From assembly GCA_016183305.1 (NCBI GenBank), contig JACPEW010000003.1:1-52691 (forward strand): a stretch of DNA of 52,691 nucleotides, read 5' to 3'. The notes below the pieces were generated by a model that ran no database searches, was not told where the DNA came from, and saw only the letters and a list, made by a program, of their open reading frames with translations. This stretch comes from Candidatus Daviesbacteria bacterium (GTDB taxonomy: Bacteria; Patescibacteriota; Microgenomatia; Daviesbacterales; UBA10151). Each line of letters begins with the position of its first letter. Position 1 is the stretch's first letter. A program made the position numbers and the translations under genes. Shown one piece after another: positions 36,701 to 45,337 of this stretch.

Positions 36701-38506
36701 AAAGTAGTTCGTAGGAATAGTTGGCGTCAAATAGAAAACAGCTTTTCCATTAGTATTGTTACTTTCAATTAAGTCATCATCCAGGAAAGCTTCATCCCAT
36801 TTCATTATTTCTGTAAAATCAGTTCCATTGCTGCTTACTTCTAAAGCCATGTAGTCATGCCAACCGTCAGTAATGTATTCCGTATCACAAACTGCAAAGA
36901 AACCCATATCTACCCCAGAAGCTCCGGATAAGTTATAAGTTGCAGAAGTTACAGTTGAATCCGCATTACTGGTATAAGGTAAAGTTAAATCTCCATATAA
37001 AACTTTACCCCAAATCTGATCTCCAAAATCATAGGTTCCCCAATTTCCTGTTTTTGCCCAACCACTAGGAATGGCTGGAGGTACTACTGATGTAAACGGT
37101 TCGTTTAATACTTCGGCGCTTAAAATATCTGCCATAGTGCTGTAAATATTTACTCCGGGAGCTGCTACATCAACAGAGGTTGCACCATAGTTAGAGAAGT
37201 CTGCCAAGGTATCATTTTGATCAGTAGCAGTCACGGAAATAATGTTATCGAGATCATAATCGGACGGATAGGAATGGGTTCCTGCATCGTTATTTACAGA
37301 TTCATTTCCGGCAGCAGTAATAAATATTCCTCCTGCAGTTTTAAAACGGTTAATAGCGTCATACTCTAATTGAGAAAATGAACCCGTATAACTAGCATTA
37401 ATTATTTTTGCCCCATTTTGTATTGCAAAATCAATAGCCTTAACTCCGGAGGCAACATCAAAACCAAATTTTAAAGCCATTATTTTTACGGATGGAGCAA
37501 CACCAATAATACCTTTATTATTATTTTTTACTGCTGCAATAGTCCCAGCCAGATGGGTACCATGGGAACTATTGGAAGGAAGAGGTGTTTTATCATTTTC
37601 TTCAAAATCATATCCATGATTACAGTCATTAAGCGCACCCCCATTTTCATCCTTACAGCTCGCACCATCCCACATATTAGCTTGTAAATCAGGATGATTA
37701 TAGTCAACTCCGCTATCTATGACGGCTACAACAACACCACTATTCCCTTCAGATATGCCCCATGCCTCTGGAGAATCCATATCTGCATCACTCGTTCCGC
37801 CAACTCCATTTACAGCTTGACCAATATTGTCCAGTCCCCATAATCTATCTTTAAAAGTATCGTTAGTAGAAATAGTAGCGGGAGTGCGGATATAATTCGG
37901 CTCTGCATACTGTACGCTTGAATCATCCTCTAACCTATTAATTGCACTTTCAACAGATTCTCCTTTTGTTTCCAGAACTACCACATTGCTTTTTTCTATC
38001 GTTTCTTCAAGGTCTAGTTTTTTAGCTTCGGCAAATTGTTTTGCTTTTGTAATGCTATTTGCTTCTTTTAAATTTATTTTATTTTCTTTAAATTTAACCA
38101 ATACTTGTCCTTCAACATAATTTTTATTGCTACCTTTTTTAATTTTCTTCTCAGAAGGGACTGGTCTAATGGTTGATTTCCCGGATAAAGAAGCACTAGC
38201 GGAAGTTTCAGTTTCATTACTTATGTCTAAAATTGGAGTAGGTGAAGGGTCTGGTGTAGCAGTTGCTTCTGGTGAGGGTTCAGGATTGGGCGATGGTTCA
38301 ACCGGGGCGCTTGGTGGTGTTGATTCTTCAGTTGGAGAAGGTATTGGCGACGTTGAAGGTTCTGGTAAAGATTCTTCTGTCGTCGAACCTGCTATGGCGC
38401 TTTCTGTTGCTTCTTGTGCAAAAACTGGAGGAATAAAAAAAGCAATCTGGTAAAAAACCAGAAGAGAAATTAGAAAAACGGATAAAAACTTTTTAAATAC
38501 TTTCAT
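30767..38506 (-). CDS. giant surface S8 serine protease-adhesin (2579 aa)
   Basis: Signal peptide, P/E linker, triad VIDSG / SHGTHLAG / GTSMAAPH, many D.TAP Ig-like repeats, cadherin/tandem-95-like repeats, FN3 (YYFKVRAGNGC), C-terminal TM. Confidence 0.92.
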   Translation of the reverse strand: MKVFKKFLSVFLISLLVFYQIAFFIPPVFAQEATESAIAGSTTEESLPEPSTSPIPSPTEESTPPSAPVEPSPNPEPSPEATATPDPSPTPILDISNETETSASASLSGKSTIRPVPSEKKIKKGSNKNYVEGQVLVKFKENKINLKEANSITKAKQFAEAKKLDLEETIEKSNVVVLETKGESVESAINRLEDDSSVQYAEPNYIRTPATISTNDTFKDRLWGLDNIGQAVNGVGGTSDADMDSPEAWGISEGNSGVVVAVIDSGVDYNHPDLQANMWDGASCKDENGGALNDCNHGYDFEENDKTPLPSNSSHGTHLAGTIAAVKNNNKGIIGVAPSVKIMALKFGFDVASGVKAIDFAIQNGAKIINASYTGSFSQLEYDAINRFKTAGGIFITAAGNESVNNDAGTHSYPSDYDLDNIISVTATDQNDTLADFSNYGATSVDVAAPGVNIYSTMADILSAEVLNEPFTSVVPPAIPSGWAKTGNWGTYDFGDQIWGKVLYGDLTLPYTSNADSTVTSATYNLSGASGVDMGFFAVCDTEYITDGWHDYMALEVSSNGTDFTEIMKWDEAFLDDDLIESNNTNGKAVFYLTPTIPTNYFTSNFKFRLHWVTDADTSTGTIGEGCNVDDILITKHTLGSSELYEFKDGTSMAAPHAAGLAALIWSQNSSRTYSQVKSIILNTGDAKASLSGKTVSGKRINAYNALLATNGPVISGLSDDTSSTKSKTWNWSSTDSTATFRFAINQSSSWTPSGDYFSTVTATQGSGNGTYYIHVQAKNSSGIESDVVTVSAVIDNTNPAVPGTPIPSPSSPTNQTTQTWNWTTSTDNIAGTITYLWSIINAATNTLFDTGTTTNTSLVTNLLQGVWNLIVNAKDNAGNQSATTTGSVTVDTTVSTGSITAPVNNSSHNVIPAFTASASDANTAVSSVKFQYKASSDSTFIDLNTDTVAPYQADWTSVTLTTNTTYNLQVVITDSAGNTANISGVSFAYDATAPNTPSTPDLAASDDTGISNSDNITNQTAGLTFSGTAEANSTVELFDGVTSKGTTTATGGNWSFDITLAAGTHSLTAKATDATGNTSVASDVLSVTIETTAPDAPTSVNLTSPINNSNKTAVTLTGTGEANNDFTYSITDGVNAAITGTGSVAGNGSINVSGIDVSGLNEGTLTASITLTDAAGNSGSAGSDTATKDVTTPTLSAVSISSNNSNSNALAKVGNMVTVSFTSNEAIQIPIVAIAGNTASVSNTGDNNWRADYQMANGDASGTVLFTINFNDLAGNPGSEISTTGDNTSITFDKTNPGAPVISNVATDNKINNVEKAAIIVAGIAEANSSVTVTLTDSANTTKTNTGSANGSGNFSITIDGTAGTDLIDGTINTSVTATDAAGNTSNPTTSNVTQDTAAPSAPTVNNISTDNKINNSEKAAIVVTGTAEANSLVSVTLSDGTNSKSGTQQLTGGGTNFSITIDGTAAAPGALVDGSITPSVTATDAAGNVSSATSQPTAIQDIVAPTGAFTINNAVAYTNLTGVTLNFSGVSSDVTQIQTADGDSVFGTNATYSSSYSYTLPNTQGTRTIQVKLIDGAGNISGIISDTIIFDSVNPVIETYILDNIRISPEASVGIKDTTTLDLLFSEAVEADVDILNSTGTKIRDLYSSASVTNPTPKTWDGKNNSDAFVSEGIYTIRIIITDPAGNSITDTSKTVTVNNAPLSLNPIGNKSVNEGSELTFTAEADDEEGGTLTFSLIGAPTGATINSSTGTFSWTPTEAQGPNTYTFTISVSSSTGTNVSEEIVVTVNEVNIAPVASGSTQTTDEDTAKVITLSATDADLPANTLTYSIVAGPSHGSLSAVSGNSVTYTPAANYNGSDSFTFRVNDGSVNSNTATINITVNAVNDAPTITVASPNGGEIWAGDSSHDITWNASDTDNDSEDLVIDLYYTTNEIDFTKIDTGLTNTGDYTWDSVDSLNSSTVKIKAVVTDPDDVTGTDLSNANFTIDSTAPTIPGTPSTSPNPTNSTIQTWNWTAATDTLSGVASYFWSVVNNANSQIVDSGTTAGNILSASTSLLQGVWNFIVGAQDNTGNQSSTSTDQLVVDTTAPTVTKLGNGSADVVLLSPGNINLVFSEVLSNNSKAVVENALTAGADKALTYSWSGGTLTITTTEIPTFANDVVVNVSDIAGNLTDLLLVDSALASNQKAPDSEGAVTVDNKTPQVVITNPTQAVNITIGSETTDPIIDVGSFISEGTGTLPKITIDSEKANIVIPASTIVTSADTTWNGVIAAPTVTVVTLPETSGETKTVSTAIEIGFTGAKLSFDKAVRILLPGQAGKRAGYIRTGIAFTEISSTCSADNQTAGDALVTDGECKIDAGSDLVIWTKHFTKFATYTQTTIASSTSNSSSSDGGGSSSASCSDQKPGNAPTLLSVVASGVNSVTLTWSEAKDPVTYYLVAYGTSSGIVQYGNPNIGGKGTTSYTVQGLSGGKTYYFKVRAGNGCTPGDFSNEVSATPAGVFITAPATGFEEGVLGESTDQPDQQQDKEEKGQEGTVKGVETIPTENSQEVGSFAQRNWPWMAVVILIISGTGYYLFIRCR

Positions 38507-38551
38507 GTAATCCTATAGTCGACCTGATTCTATCCTAATTTTGCTACTTCG

Positions 38552-38881
38552 TCAATATACAACCTCCGGCTCCTTAACTTCACAATTTTCCTTAACCCAC
38601 TCAATATCCACATCTTCTACTTCTTTTCTCTCTCCATCAATAATAAAATATTCTTTTCTTTGTCGATTGCATTCTGCAGGGGAATCTTTATACACACAAG
38701 GCTGCTTGTTCTTATACCATTTACCGGGACAGACCCGCAGCTTAGTAATTTCTATGGATGTAGGTGTCTTAGGAGGAGGGTTGGCAAATCGTTGAGACAA
38801 GTTACCAGCAACAGCTATAGTAGTTAAAAATAATCCTATAAAAAGAATAATGGCCAAAATGGAAGGTTTGCCTAATCTCAT
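38552..38881 (-). CDS. small exported hypothetical protein with four Cys
   Basis: N-terminal TM; VCPGKWYKNKQPC...EC...WVKENC. Confidence 0.7.
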   Translation of the reverse strand: MRLGKPSILAIILFIGLFLTTIAVAGNLSQRFANPPPKTPTSIEITKLRVCPGKWYKNKQPCVYKDSPAECNRQRKEYFIIDGERKEVEDVDIEWVKENCEVKEPEVVY

Positions 38882-39029
38882 TATGTGTTAAGTATAGTTA
38901 TTGGGATATATAAAATCAACTGATCTATTTCCATTCTAAATAGGATAGTTGCTTTTTTCATTTTCTAAAAAGATTAAGACCTAATTATTTTGGGTTTGGT
39001 ATAGTAGCTTTGCCCTGATTGTAACAGAT

Positions 39030-40199
39030 TCATCTGATGGACTGGTAGCCTCCAGGAAGGCCTTTTTTGGAAAAAACTATCTGCCAGAGTTGAAGGTATC
39101 TGGCTCTGAAAGCACCTGCACAGGATAATAAATAGAACTTCCACATCCTGTAAAACTGCTCACCATATTTGTCCCTAAGACCTGGCCAATTTTTATCAAA
39201 GTTTGAAAACCAGGCCATTAAAGTTTTATCATAATCAGTCCCGAAATTATGCAGGTCCTCTAAAACAAATGTGTCTTGGAATGCCCTGTTAATCTGTTCA
39301 AGTGAAGGAAGTGCTGAGTTGGGGAAAATATATTTGCCTAAAAAGGAAGCTGAAGTACCTGATTTTCCATCTAAACCAATAGTATGCAGTAAAAATAACC
39401 CGCCTGGTTTTAAATTCTTATCTACTACTTTCATAAAAGTTAAATAATTTTCTGCTCTAACGTGTTCAAACATCCCCAAAGACACAATCCTGTCAAATTG
39501 CCCGTTAACATCCCTATAATCCTGCAGTCTGTTTTCTACTGGCAAGCCTTTTGCTCTTTCATCTGCTAACTTAACCTGTTCTTTTGAGATTGTAACGTTA
39601 ACCACATAAGCTCCATATTTTTGGGCAGCAAAAATAGCAAAACTCCCCCATCCTCCTCCTATATCTAAAACTTTCATCCCTTTTTGAAGCCCTATTTTCC
39701 TGCAAACCAAGTCAAGCTTGGCCTCCTGAGCCTCATCCAAGTTTTGAGCTTCTTTCCAATAACCACAGGTATAAACCATCCTTTTATCAAGCATTGCTTT
39801 AAAAAGATCATTCCCTAAATCATAATGTCTTTTTGCAATTATATATGGGTCTTTTTTTCTCCCAAGAGAGAGAACCTTTTCTTTTATGCTTTGCAGCCAA
39901 GGCTTATTACTTTTAAAATTATTATGCAAATTGGCTTTGATAATTTTTGCTGCTGCCTCGTCTATCTTTTCACTCTCCCATTCCCCTGCCATATATGACT
40001 GCCCAAAAGCAAGAGTTGGTTCCTGATGGAGAAATCTCCTATAGAAATTCTCATTTTTAACCTGTATATCCCAGGAGTGTTTCCCACCCACCTCAATATC
40101 TGCAGTTTTCAGGAACTGCCTTACCATAAGCAATATTATGAACTTAAAAAGGTAAAAATTTGCTAAAAAAGAGAAAGAAAAAAGTAAGACTATTGACAA
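39030..40199 (-). CDS. cfa: cyclopropane-fatty-acyl-phospholipid synthase
   Basis: HYDLGNDLF, MVYTCGYW, AQEAKLDLVCRK, VLDIGGGWG, DRIVSLGMFEHV, YIFPNSALP, FYRMWKFYLLSCAGAF; true start may be the internal MVRQFL. Confidence 0.93.
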   Translation of the reverse strand: MSIVLLFSFSFLANFYLFKFIILLMVRQFLKTADIEVGGKHSWDIQVKNENFYRRFLHQEPTLAFGQSYMAGEWESEKIDEAAAKIIKANLHNNFKSNKPWLQSIKEKVLSLGRKKDPYIIAKRHYDLGNDLFKAMLDKRMVYTCGYWKEAQNLDEAQEAKLDLVCRKIGLQKGMKVLDIGGGWGSFAIFAAQKYGAYVVNVTISKEQVKLADERAKGLPVENRLQDYRDVNGQFDRIVSLGMFEHVRAENYLTFMKVVDKNLKPGGLFLLHTIGLDGKSGTSASFLGKYIFPNSALPSLEQINRAFQDTFVLEDLHNFGTDYDKTLMAWFSNFDKNWPGLRDKYGEQFYRMWKFYLLSCAGAFRARYLQLWQIVFSKKGLPGGYQSIR

Positions 40200-40222
40200 A
40201 GGTTTAAGAAGAGGACTACACT
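40193..40222 (+). promoter_or_regulatory. candidate sigma70 promoter for corA
   Basis: TTGACA-N18-TACACT. Confidence 0.4.
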
Positions 40223-40239
40223 GGGCATACCGGGCGTAG

Positions 40240-41364
40240 GTGGACTACGCTTTCTTTAAAAGAGAAGCTATGACTAAAACATTAGGCGATACTTTAAAAG
40301 AAATTCAGATTGCCTTAGGCAATCCGCATAAAAAGCTCGCCGGGGTACTAAAATATTACCTCGGCTTTTTAAATGTCAAAGAAAATGGGATTAAAGAAGA
40401 AAATAATTCTCACAATGGTGAGAAAATACAAACCATCAAGCATGGAAAAATAACCTGGGTGGATGTCAGGAACCCCAGCAGAAAAGAAATTTCAGAACTT
40501 GCCCAAAAATATCCATTCCACCCTTTGCATCTTGAGGATTGTGTATCCAAAGGCCAATTTCCCAAAATTGAACAAAATGATGAGGATAAATACATCTTTT
40601 TGCTTCTCCGCCTTCCCCGCTATAACACCCATGACAGGACTATCAATATCAGCCAGATTTGTTTTTTCCTAGGTGAAAATTACTTAGTAACAATACATGA
40701 AAGTATTAATGATTCAATTGCCGCAATATTCAGTGAAGCAAAATCCGGTATTGAGGAGCGCAAAGCCTATACCGGCAGTTCTGCTGCCCACCTGTTATAT
40801 ACAATTATTAAAAAATTAACTGATGATTTATCTCCCCTTTTGCAATCAATCCTCATAGAAGTGGACGAGACAGAAGATATTGTTTTTGATGATAAAGTTT
40901 CAGGTATTTATAAAATTGGCCAACTAAGACGCAAAATCTTATCTTCAAGAAGAGCAATCGGACCGCTTAGAACACTGCTTAAAGATATGACATCCAGGAT
41001 CAATAAGTTTGCTTCCGTGAACTTATCTGTCTATTTTGATGGTATTACCCATCAAATAGATAAAGCCTGGGAAACTTTAGAGGAAGCCCGCGATACAGTA
41101 GATATTTATAAAGATGCAGATTATACAATCAGCAGCGAAAGGACCAACAGGATTTTAGCAATCCTAACTATCATCTTTACCTTCACCATTCCTGCTACAG
41201 TTATTGGAACATTTTATGGAATGAATATTTTGCTTCCTGGAGGTATAGAGGCAGGCTCCTGGATCTTTTTGGGCCGTTATACTACCTTTATGGTAATTAT
41301 GATTTCAGCAGCTATTCCGGCTTTGCTAATGCATGCATATTTCCGTAAAAGAGGCTGGTTTTAA
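40240..41364 (+). CDS. corA: CorA-family Mg2+/divalent cation transporter
   Basis: TWVDV..P, FHPLHLED, LTIIFTFTIPATVIGTFYGMN signature. Confidence 0.92.
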   Translation: MDYAFFKREAMTKTLGDTLKEIQIALGNPHKKLAGVLKYYLGFLNVKENGIKEENNSHNGEKIQTIKHGKITWVDVRNPSRKEISELAQKYPFHPLHLEDCVSKGQFPKIEQNDEDKYIFLLLRLPRYNTHDRTINISQICFFLGENYLVTIHESINDSIAAIFSEAKSGIEERKAYTGSSAAHLLYTIIKKLTDDLSPLLQSILIEVDETEDIVFDDKVSGIYKIGQLRRKILSSRRAIGPLRTLLKDMTSRINKFASVNLSVYFDGITHQIDKAWETLEEARDTVDIYKDADYTISSERTNRILAILTIIFTFTIPATVIGTFYGMNILLPGGIEAGSWIFLGRYTTFMVIMISAAIPALLMHAYFRKRGWF

Positions 41365-41509
41365 CCCAGGTTTGAGGTAATTTTTGAGGTATTGACATGA
41401 GGAATTTTTGGGAGGACAATAAGACAAGCTTGTTGCTTCGCAATAGGTATTGTAATCTCTAATAACCCCCTTGTTGGTTTAGAGATTTTTTGTTAGGAAA
41501 GAGGTAAAA

Positions 41510-41890
41510 ATGACTGTAAAAAAATTAGGTTCATCTGAAAAACTCTTTTTATCTGCACTGGTTAACATCATGCTTTTTGGAGGAGTTTTTGCTTTAAAAA
41601 TGCTTGGCCTGGCTACTGATTCAATATTACTTATCTTGGCAACAGTTGTTTCCCTGGAAGTAATTTACTTTACTGTCTTTATCCAGTTATCTGTAAATAA
41701 AAATACTTTAAGCCTAGAAACAGTTACCAAACATATTGCAGAAATCCGCGAGAATGAGGAAAAAGCCCATACTGCTCTTATTTATACCGGGCATCAAATA
41801 AAACTCATCCAACATGAATTGGACACCCTGCGCAAAAGCAGGGTTTTTAAAAGCAATGGAAATGGCTCCAGGCCAAGAGTACAAGCATAA
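41510..41890 (+). CDS. hypothetical membrane protein with C-terminal coiled coil
   Basis: Two TM segments; VSLEVIYFTVFIQLSVN; candidate promoter TTGACA-N17-GACAAT at 41392-41420. Confidence 0.7.
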   Translation: MTVKKLGSSEKLFLSALVNIMLFGGVFALKMLGLATDSILLILATVVSLEVIYFTVFIQLSVNKNTLSLETVTKHIAEIRENEEKAHTALIYTGHQIKLIQHELDTLRKSRVFKSNGNGSRPRVQA

Positions 41891-41893
41891 CCT

Positions 41894-43279
41894 CTAGTTA
41901 TACTGTTTTAAAACCTCATCCAAAAGTGATTCAACTTTTTTCAGGTAAACAATTTTATATTTAGGAAAGTATAGAAAAACCGCTGGAGCATCTTCCAGTA
42001 AGCTTTTTTGGAAGTCAAAATATTTTGTTCTTCTTTCTTGTCCTGGAATTAATTTTCTGCCATCTTCCAGGTCCTTATCTACTCTTTTTGAATCATATTT
42101 CGTTAAATTAGTTTTTGTCTGGGTTGCATGCCATAAAAAGTATTGGTCCGGATCCTGAGGAATACTTTGTGTAATCAGAAGCGCTTGGAAATTTTGCGGG
42201 ATACCTGATTCTACCCTAAGCTTGCTGTCAAATCCTAGCTCCTTCCAAGCTTTAACCACTGCCTTTCCAACCTCACTTAAATTAGGTGTGCTGGTTAAGA
42301 TTAATTCTGAGGTAAGCTTATCCTCTGATACTGATGATTTTGCTCTTTCCAAAGCTTCTTTAGCTTCTTTTGAATTTGATAGGTATTTTTTTGCCTCTTT
42401 ATTGTAAGTCCAAAACTTTGGGGGGTAAGGGTTATTAGCAACTTCTTCACCAGGAATTTCTGGAGTCTGATAAGACAAAGCTTGACGCAAAGACCTACTG
42501 CTAAGCAGTTTGTCTGTAGTCCGGAATAAAATAGTCACAATTTTTGAATAATCAGTTTCTGTTTTAACTTTTACTTTGGGATTTGAGGAAAAAGGGTCTA
42601 AGCTGCCCGGGCCTATCAAAACCTGCACTTCACCTAAATTAAATCCAGTTACAGCCACTTTTTCATTGGGATAAAAACGCATTTGTATTACTGGCAGCTT
42701 AGGGGTATTTGGTTGTAAAACCATTTTAGTAATAAAAACCATGCTCTTTTCAACCTTGGCTACTTTATAAGGACCTGTGCCTAATAATATTGTGCCTTTT
42801 TTAAAAATTGGTTTGATCAGGAGTGAAGGTAAAGGAGAATAGGATTCTTTTAAATTAAATTGCACTGTTTGGTCATTAGGGTAAGAAACAGTAGTATTAG
42901 GGATAACCAAGTTTATATCAGAAACTTTAATACTGGAATTATCTGCCCATTTTAGATTATCTTTTAATTTAAATTTAAACTGGGTAGCATCATTATTTGT
43001 TTCCCAACCTTTAGTTAAAAGAGGCTTGATTTGTCCGCTTTCTGTGGCTTCTACTAAACCCTGTGACAGTAATTTTGTTATCTCAACTGGTAAATCATGC
43101 TCCTGGTATGTTCCTACCAGGCCTATTTTAATGGTCTTTGTATCTGAGAGGAGATGGAATTGATTTTGCAGAAAAATAAAAAATAAAAGCCCGGCAAAAC
43201 TTGCTATAATCCAAACTTTTTTCCTTTTAAAATACTCCCAGGTAATCAGCAGGAGCAGTCTAATATTTTTTGGATTCAT
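41894..43279 (-). CDS. family-5 (peptide/nickel) ABC substrate-binding protein
   Basis: FKLKDNLKWAD, GTGPYKV, LRQALSY, DPDQYFLWH, DAPAVFLY. Confidence 0.88.
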   Translation of the reverse strand: MNPKNIRLLLLITWEYFKRKKVWIIASFAGLLFFIFLQNQFHLLSDTKTIKIGLVGTYQEHDLPVEITKLLSQGLVEATESGQIKPLLTKGWETNNDATQFKFKLKDNLKWADNSSIKVSDINLVIPNTTVSYPNDQTVQFNLKESYSPLPSLLIKPIFKKGTILLGTGPYKVAKVEKSMVFITKMVLQPNTPKLPVIQMRFYPNEKVAVTGFNLGEVQVLIGPGSLDPFSSNPKVKVKTETDYSKIVTILFRTTDKLLSSRSLRQALSYQTPEIPGEEVANNPYPPKFWTYNKEAKKYLSNSKEAKEALERAKSSVSEDKLTSELILTSTPNLSEVGKAVVKAWKELGFDSKLRVESGIPQNFQALLITQSIPQDPDQYFLWHATQTKTNLTKYDSKRVDKDLEDGRKLIPGQERRTKYFDFQKSLLEDAPAVFLYFPKYKIVYLKKVESLLDEVLKQYN

Positions 43280-43288
43280 AGCAAGTCT

Positions 43289-43504
43289 TTATACTAACAA
43301 GCCAACTAAGGAGAAGAGAATAAAGGCAACAGACAGCCCAATTGTCACATAGAAAAGCAGTTTTTCAGCCCCCCTCTTGGTTCTATAAAAAGACATATCC
43401 CCTCCAAAACTAGAGCCTAACCCGGAACCTTTTTGCTGGATAATTATTATCAAAATTAAAAGGATTCCTAAAATAATTTGGATAATATAAACTGCTGATT
43501 TCAT
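43289..43504 (-). CDS. secG: preprotein translocase subunit SecG
   Basis: IIIIQQKGSGLGSSFGG..FYRTKRGAEKLL. Confidence 0.92.
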   Translation of the reverse strand: MKSAVYIIQIILGILLILIIIIQQKGSGLGSSFGGDMSFYRTKRGAEKLLFYVTIGLSVAFILFSLVGLLV

Positions 43505-43510
43505 CTAAGT

Positions 43511-44872
43511 TTATTTAAAGAAAGGAAAAATTGATCTAATCCAGGATAAAATCTGGTTAAGCTGTTTTTCTAAAGCTGATTGCCTTTGTTGAGACTGCTG
43601 AAGTTTGCCTTCCAACTCTTCAATCCTTTGCTGTAAAGCAGCGCCAGCAGAAGAATCTGTTATTACCATTACTTGTTGGGAAGGTTCAAAAGCAGGAAGC
43701 GCTAAAGCTTTCTGAGATGATTTATCAGAAGGATTTACCGTTGTCTGCTGGGCACTGGTTGATTGATCAATTACTTTTTCGGACTTAGTAGCTAATATAG
43801 GCAGGTAAAGTTCAGGAGAATCAGCACAATTAGTTGTTTGGTTCTTGCAGCCCTGAACCTTAACATAATACTCTTCATCAGACCTAATAGATATTTTGGC
43901 AGAAGGACCCCATTCTTCTGTTAATTGTTTCTCCCAACCTGATCCGCCTGTTTTTTTGACAAAAACATTATATCTGGCATTTCCATCAGCTCCATTAGGC
44001 CAACCAAATTTAATGGTAACTTGACGGCCAAAAGGCGCAACAAACTGCTGGCTTAATAGCCAGAGAAAAGGCTTATCTGTAGAAGTAGTGGTATTTCCTC
44101 CCCTAGGTCTTAGAATAATGGTAGTTTCCCGTGCATTGGTCCATTGGTTATTAATATAAGCCCTAATCATCACTTTAACTTCGCCATTGTGGAATTTAGC
44201 GTGGAAAGGATTGTTTTCCCATAAAGCAAACTCTCCACCGGAACTTAAAGTTTTGCTATCCCTCCAGTTTTCATAAACCATTACTCCATCTTGGAACAAA
44301 CCAAATAAGTAACCTGTAGCCCCTTTAACAGGCTTGACTTTAAACATATAAGCCCCTTCCAAATCAAGCTCTTGTTTGTCAGCAGGATAAACCATTTGAG
44401 GAGGGTCTAAAGGGGTAACAGGAGCACTGGTGGGATTTGTACTACTGTATCTAAGATCAACTGTAGAATTGGCAGTTATTCTTGAACCATCGGCATCTTT
44501 AAGTTCTATAGCATAGATAGTTCTAGTACCACCTACCTTAGAGATCACTTTGGCATATAATCTACCCTCCTGATCAGTTGTGTCGCTGCTTTGAGCCACA
44601 TAATCCCCATCTTGAGGATTCATAAACCCTAATTTCAGATAACAACTCTTACAATAGGTTGGGTATTGACCATCAGCATAAACCCGTACATTAACTACAT
44701 ACTGTTCTCCAGGGTTTAAAGAACCTTTAGGTTCTACTTGAAATTCAATAGGCCCGCCACCAGCTGATACTGAATAAGCAGTCAAAAATAAGGCAACTGC
44801 GCTGAGAAAGAAAGCAACAAGTTTAGCTTTGAGCATTTTATACACTATATCATTCTTAAGCTTTAAAGACAA
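43511..44872 (-). CDS. exported hypothetical protein (Ig-like beta domains, C-terminal coiled coil)
   Basis: Signal peptide; TTDQEGRLYAKV; LQQRIEELEGKLQQ...LNQILSWIRSIFPFF. Confidence 0.75.
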   Translation of the reverse strand: MSLKLKNDIVYKMLKAKLVAFFLSAVALFLTAYSVSAGGGPIEFQVEPKGSLNPGEQYVVNVRVYADGQYPTYCKSCYLKLGFMNPQDGDYVAQSSDTTDQEGRLYAKVISKVGGTRTIYAIELKDADGSRITANSTVDLRYSSTNPTSAPVTPLDPPQMVYPADKQELDLEGAYMFKVKPVKGATGYLFGLFQDGVMVYENWRDSKTLSSGGEFALWENNPFHAKFHNGEVKVMIRAYINNQWTNARETTIILRPRGGNTTTSTDKPFLWLLSQQFVAPFGRQVTIKFGWPNGADGNARYNVFVKKTGGSGWEKQLTEEWGPSAKISIRSDEEYYVKVQGCKNQTTNCADSPELYLPILATKSEKVIDQSTSAQQTTVNPSDKSSQKALALPAFEPSQQVMVITDSSAGAALQQRIEELEGKLQQSQQRQSALEKQLNQILSWIRSIFPFFK

Positions 44873-44881
44873 ATAAGAAAC

Positions 44882-45283
44882 CTAATGGCTAAACCATTGG
44901 AGAAAGTGGGTTATTAAACCAATTAAAAAAGAAGCTGCTATAGCTACTAAAAAAGGGGAAAGTTCTAAAGGGGGAATCATCAAACCATTATAAAAATAAC
45001 CTGCAAAAGTATAGGGGACCAGTTGAAACTCTGGCACTATAGTAGTCAAAGCATATAAAGCTATCACATTAGTAATCCAGGCAAAGAGTCCTAAAGTTAG
45101 CATGTTCAGAGGTAAAAATAAGATTTTTAATAGAGGAACCAGCAACCAATTAATTAACATAAAAGCTACAGCCCCAATAAACAAACTCTTAAATCCACCA
45201 GTATAGGTTAAACCAGAAATAATTTTAGTGGTAGCAAGCAAAGAAACTAAATTAATTAGAAAATATCTGAGCAGTTTTTTCAT
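44882..45283 (-). CDS. YvlD/phage-holin-4-2-family membrane protein
   Basis: INWLLVPLLKILFLPLNMLTLGLF..ITN signature; four TM segments. Confidence 0.85.
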   Translation of the reverse strand: MKKLLRYFLINLVSLLATTKIISGLTYTGGFKSLFIGAVAFMLINWLLVPLLKILFLPLNMLTLGLFAWITNVIALYALTTIVPEFQLVPYTFAGYFYNGLMIPPLELSPFLVAIAASFLIGLITHFLQWFSH

Positions 45284-45289
45284 GGAATA

Positions 45290-45337
45290 GTAACAAGTAC
45301 ATAAGTAACAAGTTATTTTTAACTAGTTACTTGTTAC
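45290..45337. repeat. heptamer array (GTAACAA/TTGTTAC) in inverted arrangement
   Basis: GTAACAAGTTA-TTTT-TAACTAGTTAC hairpin plus flanking heptamers; includes the uvrC stop codon. Confidence 0.7.

Noticed and set aside
44882-45283. Holin-family gene as evidence of a prophage
   Set aside because: YvlD-like genes are commonly chromosomal near uvr genes; no phage structural or lysis partners are adjacent.
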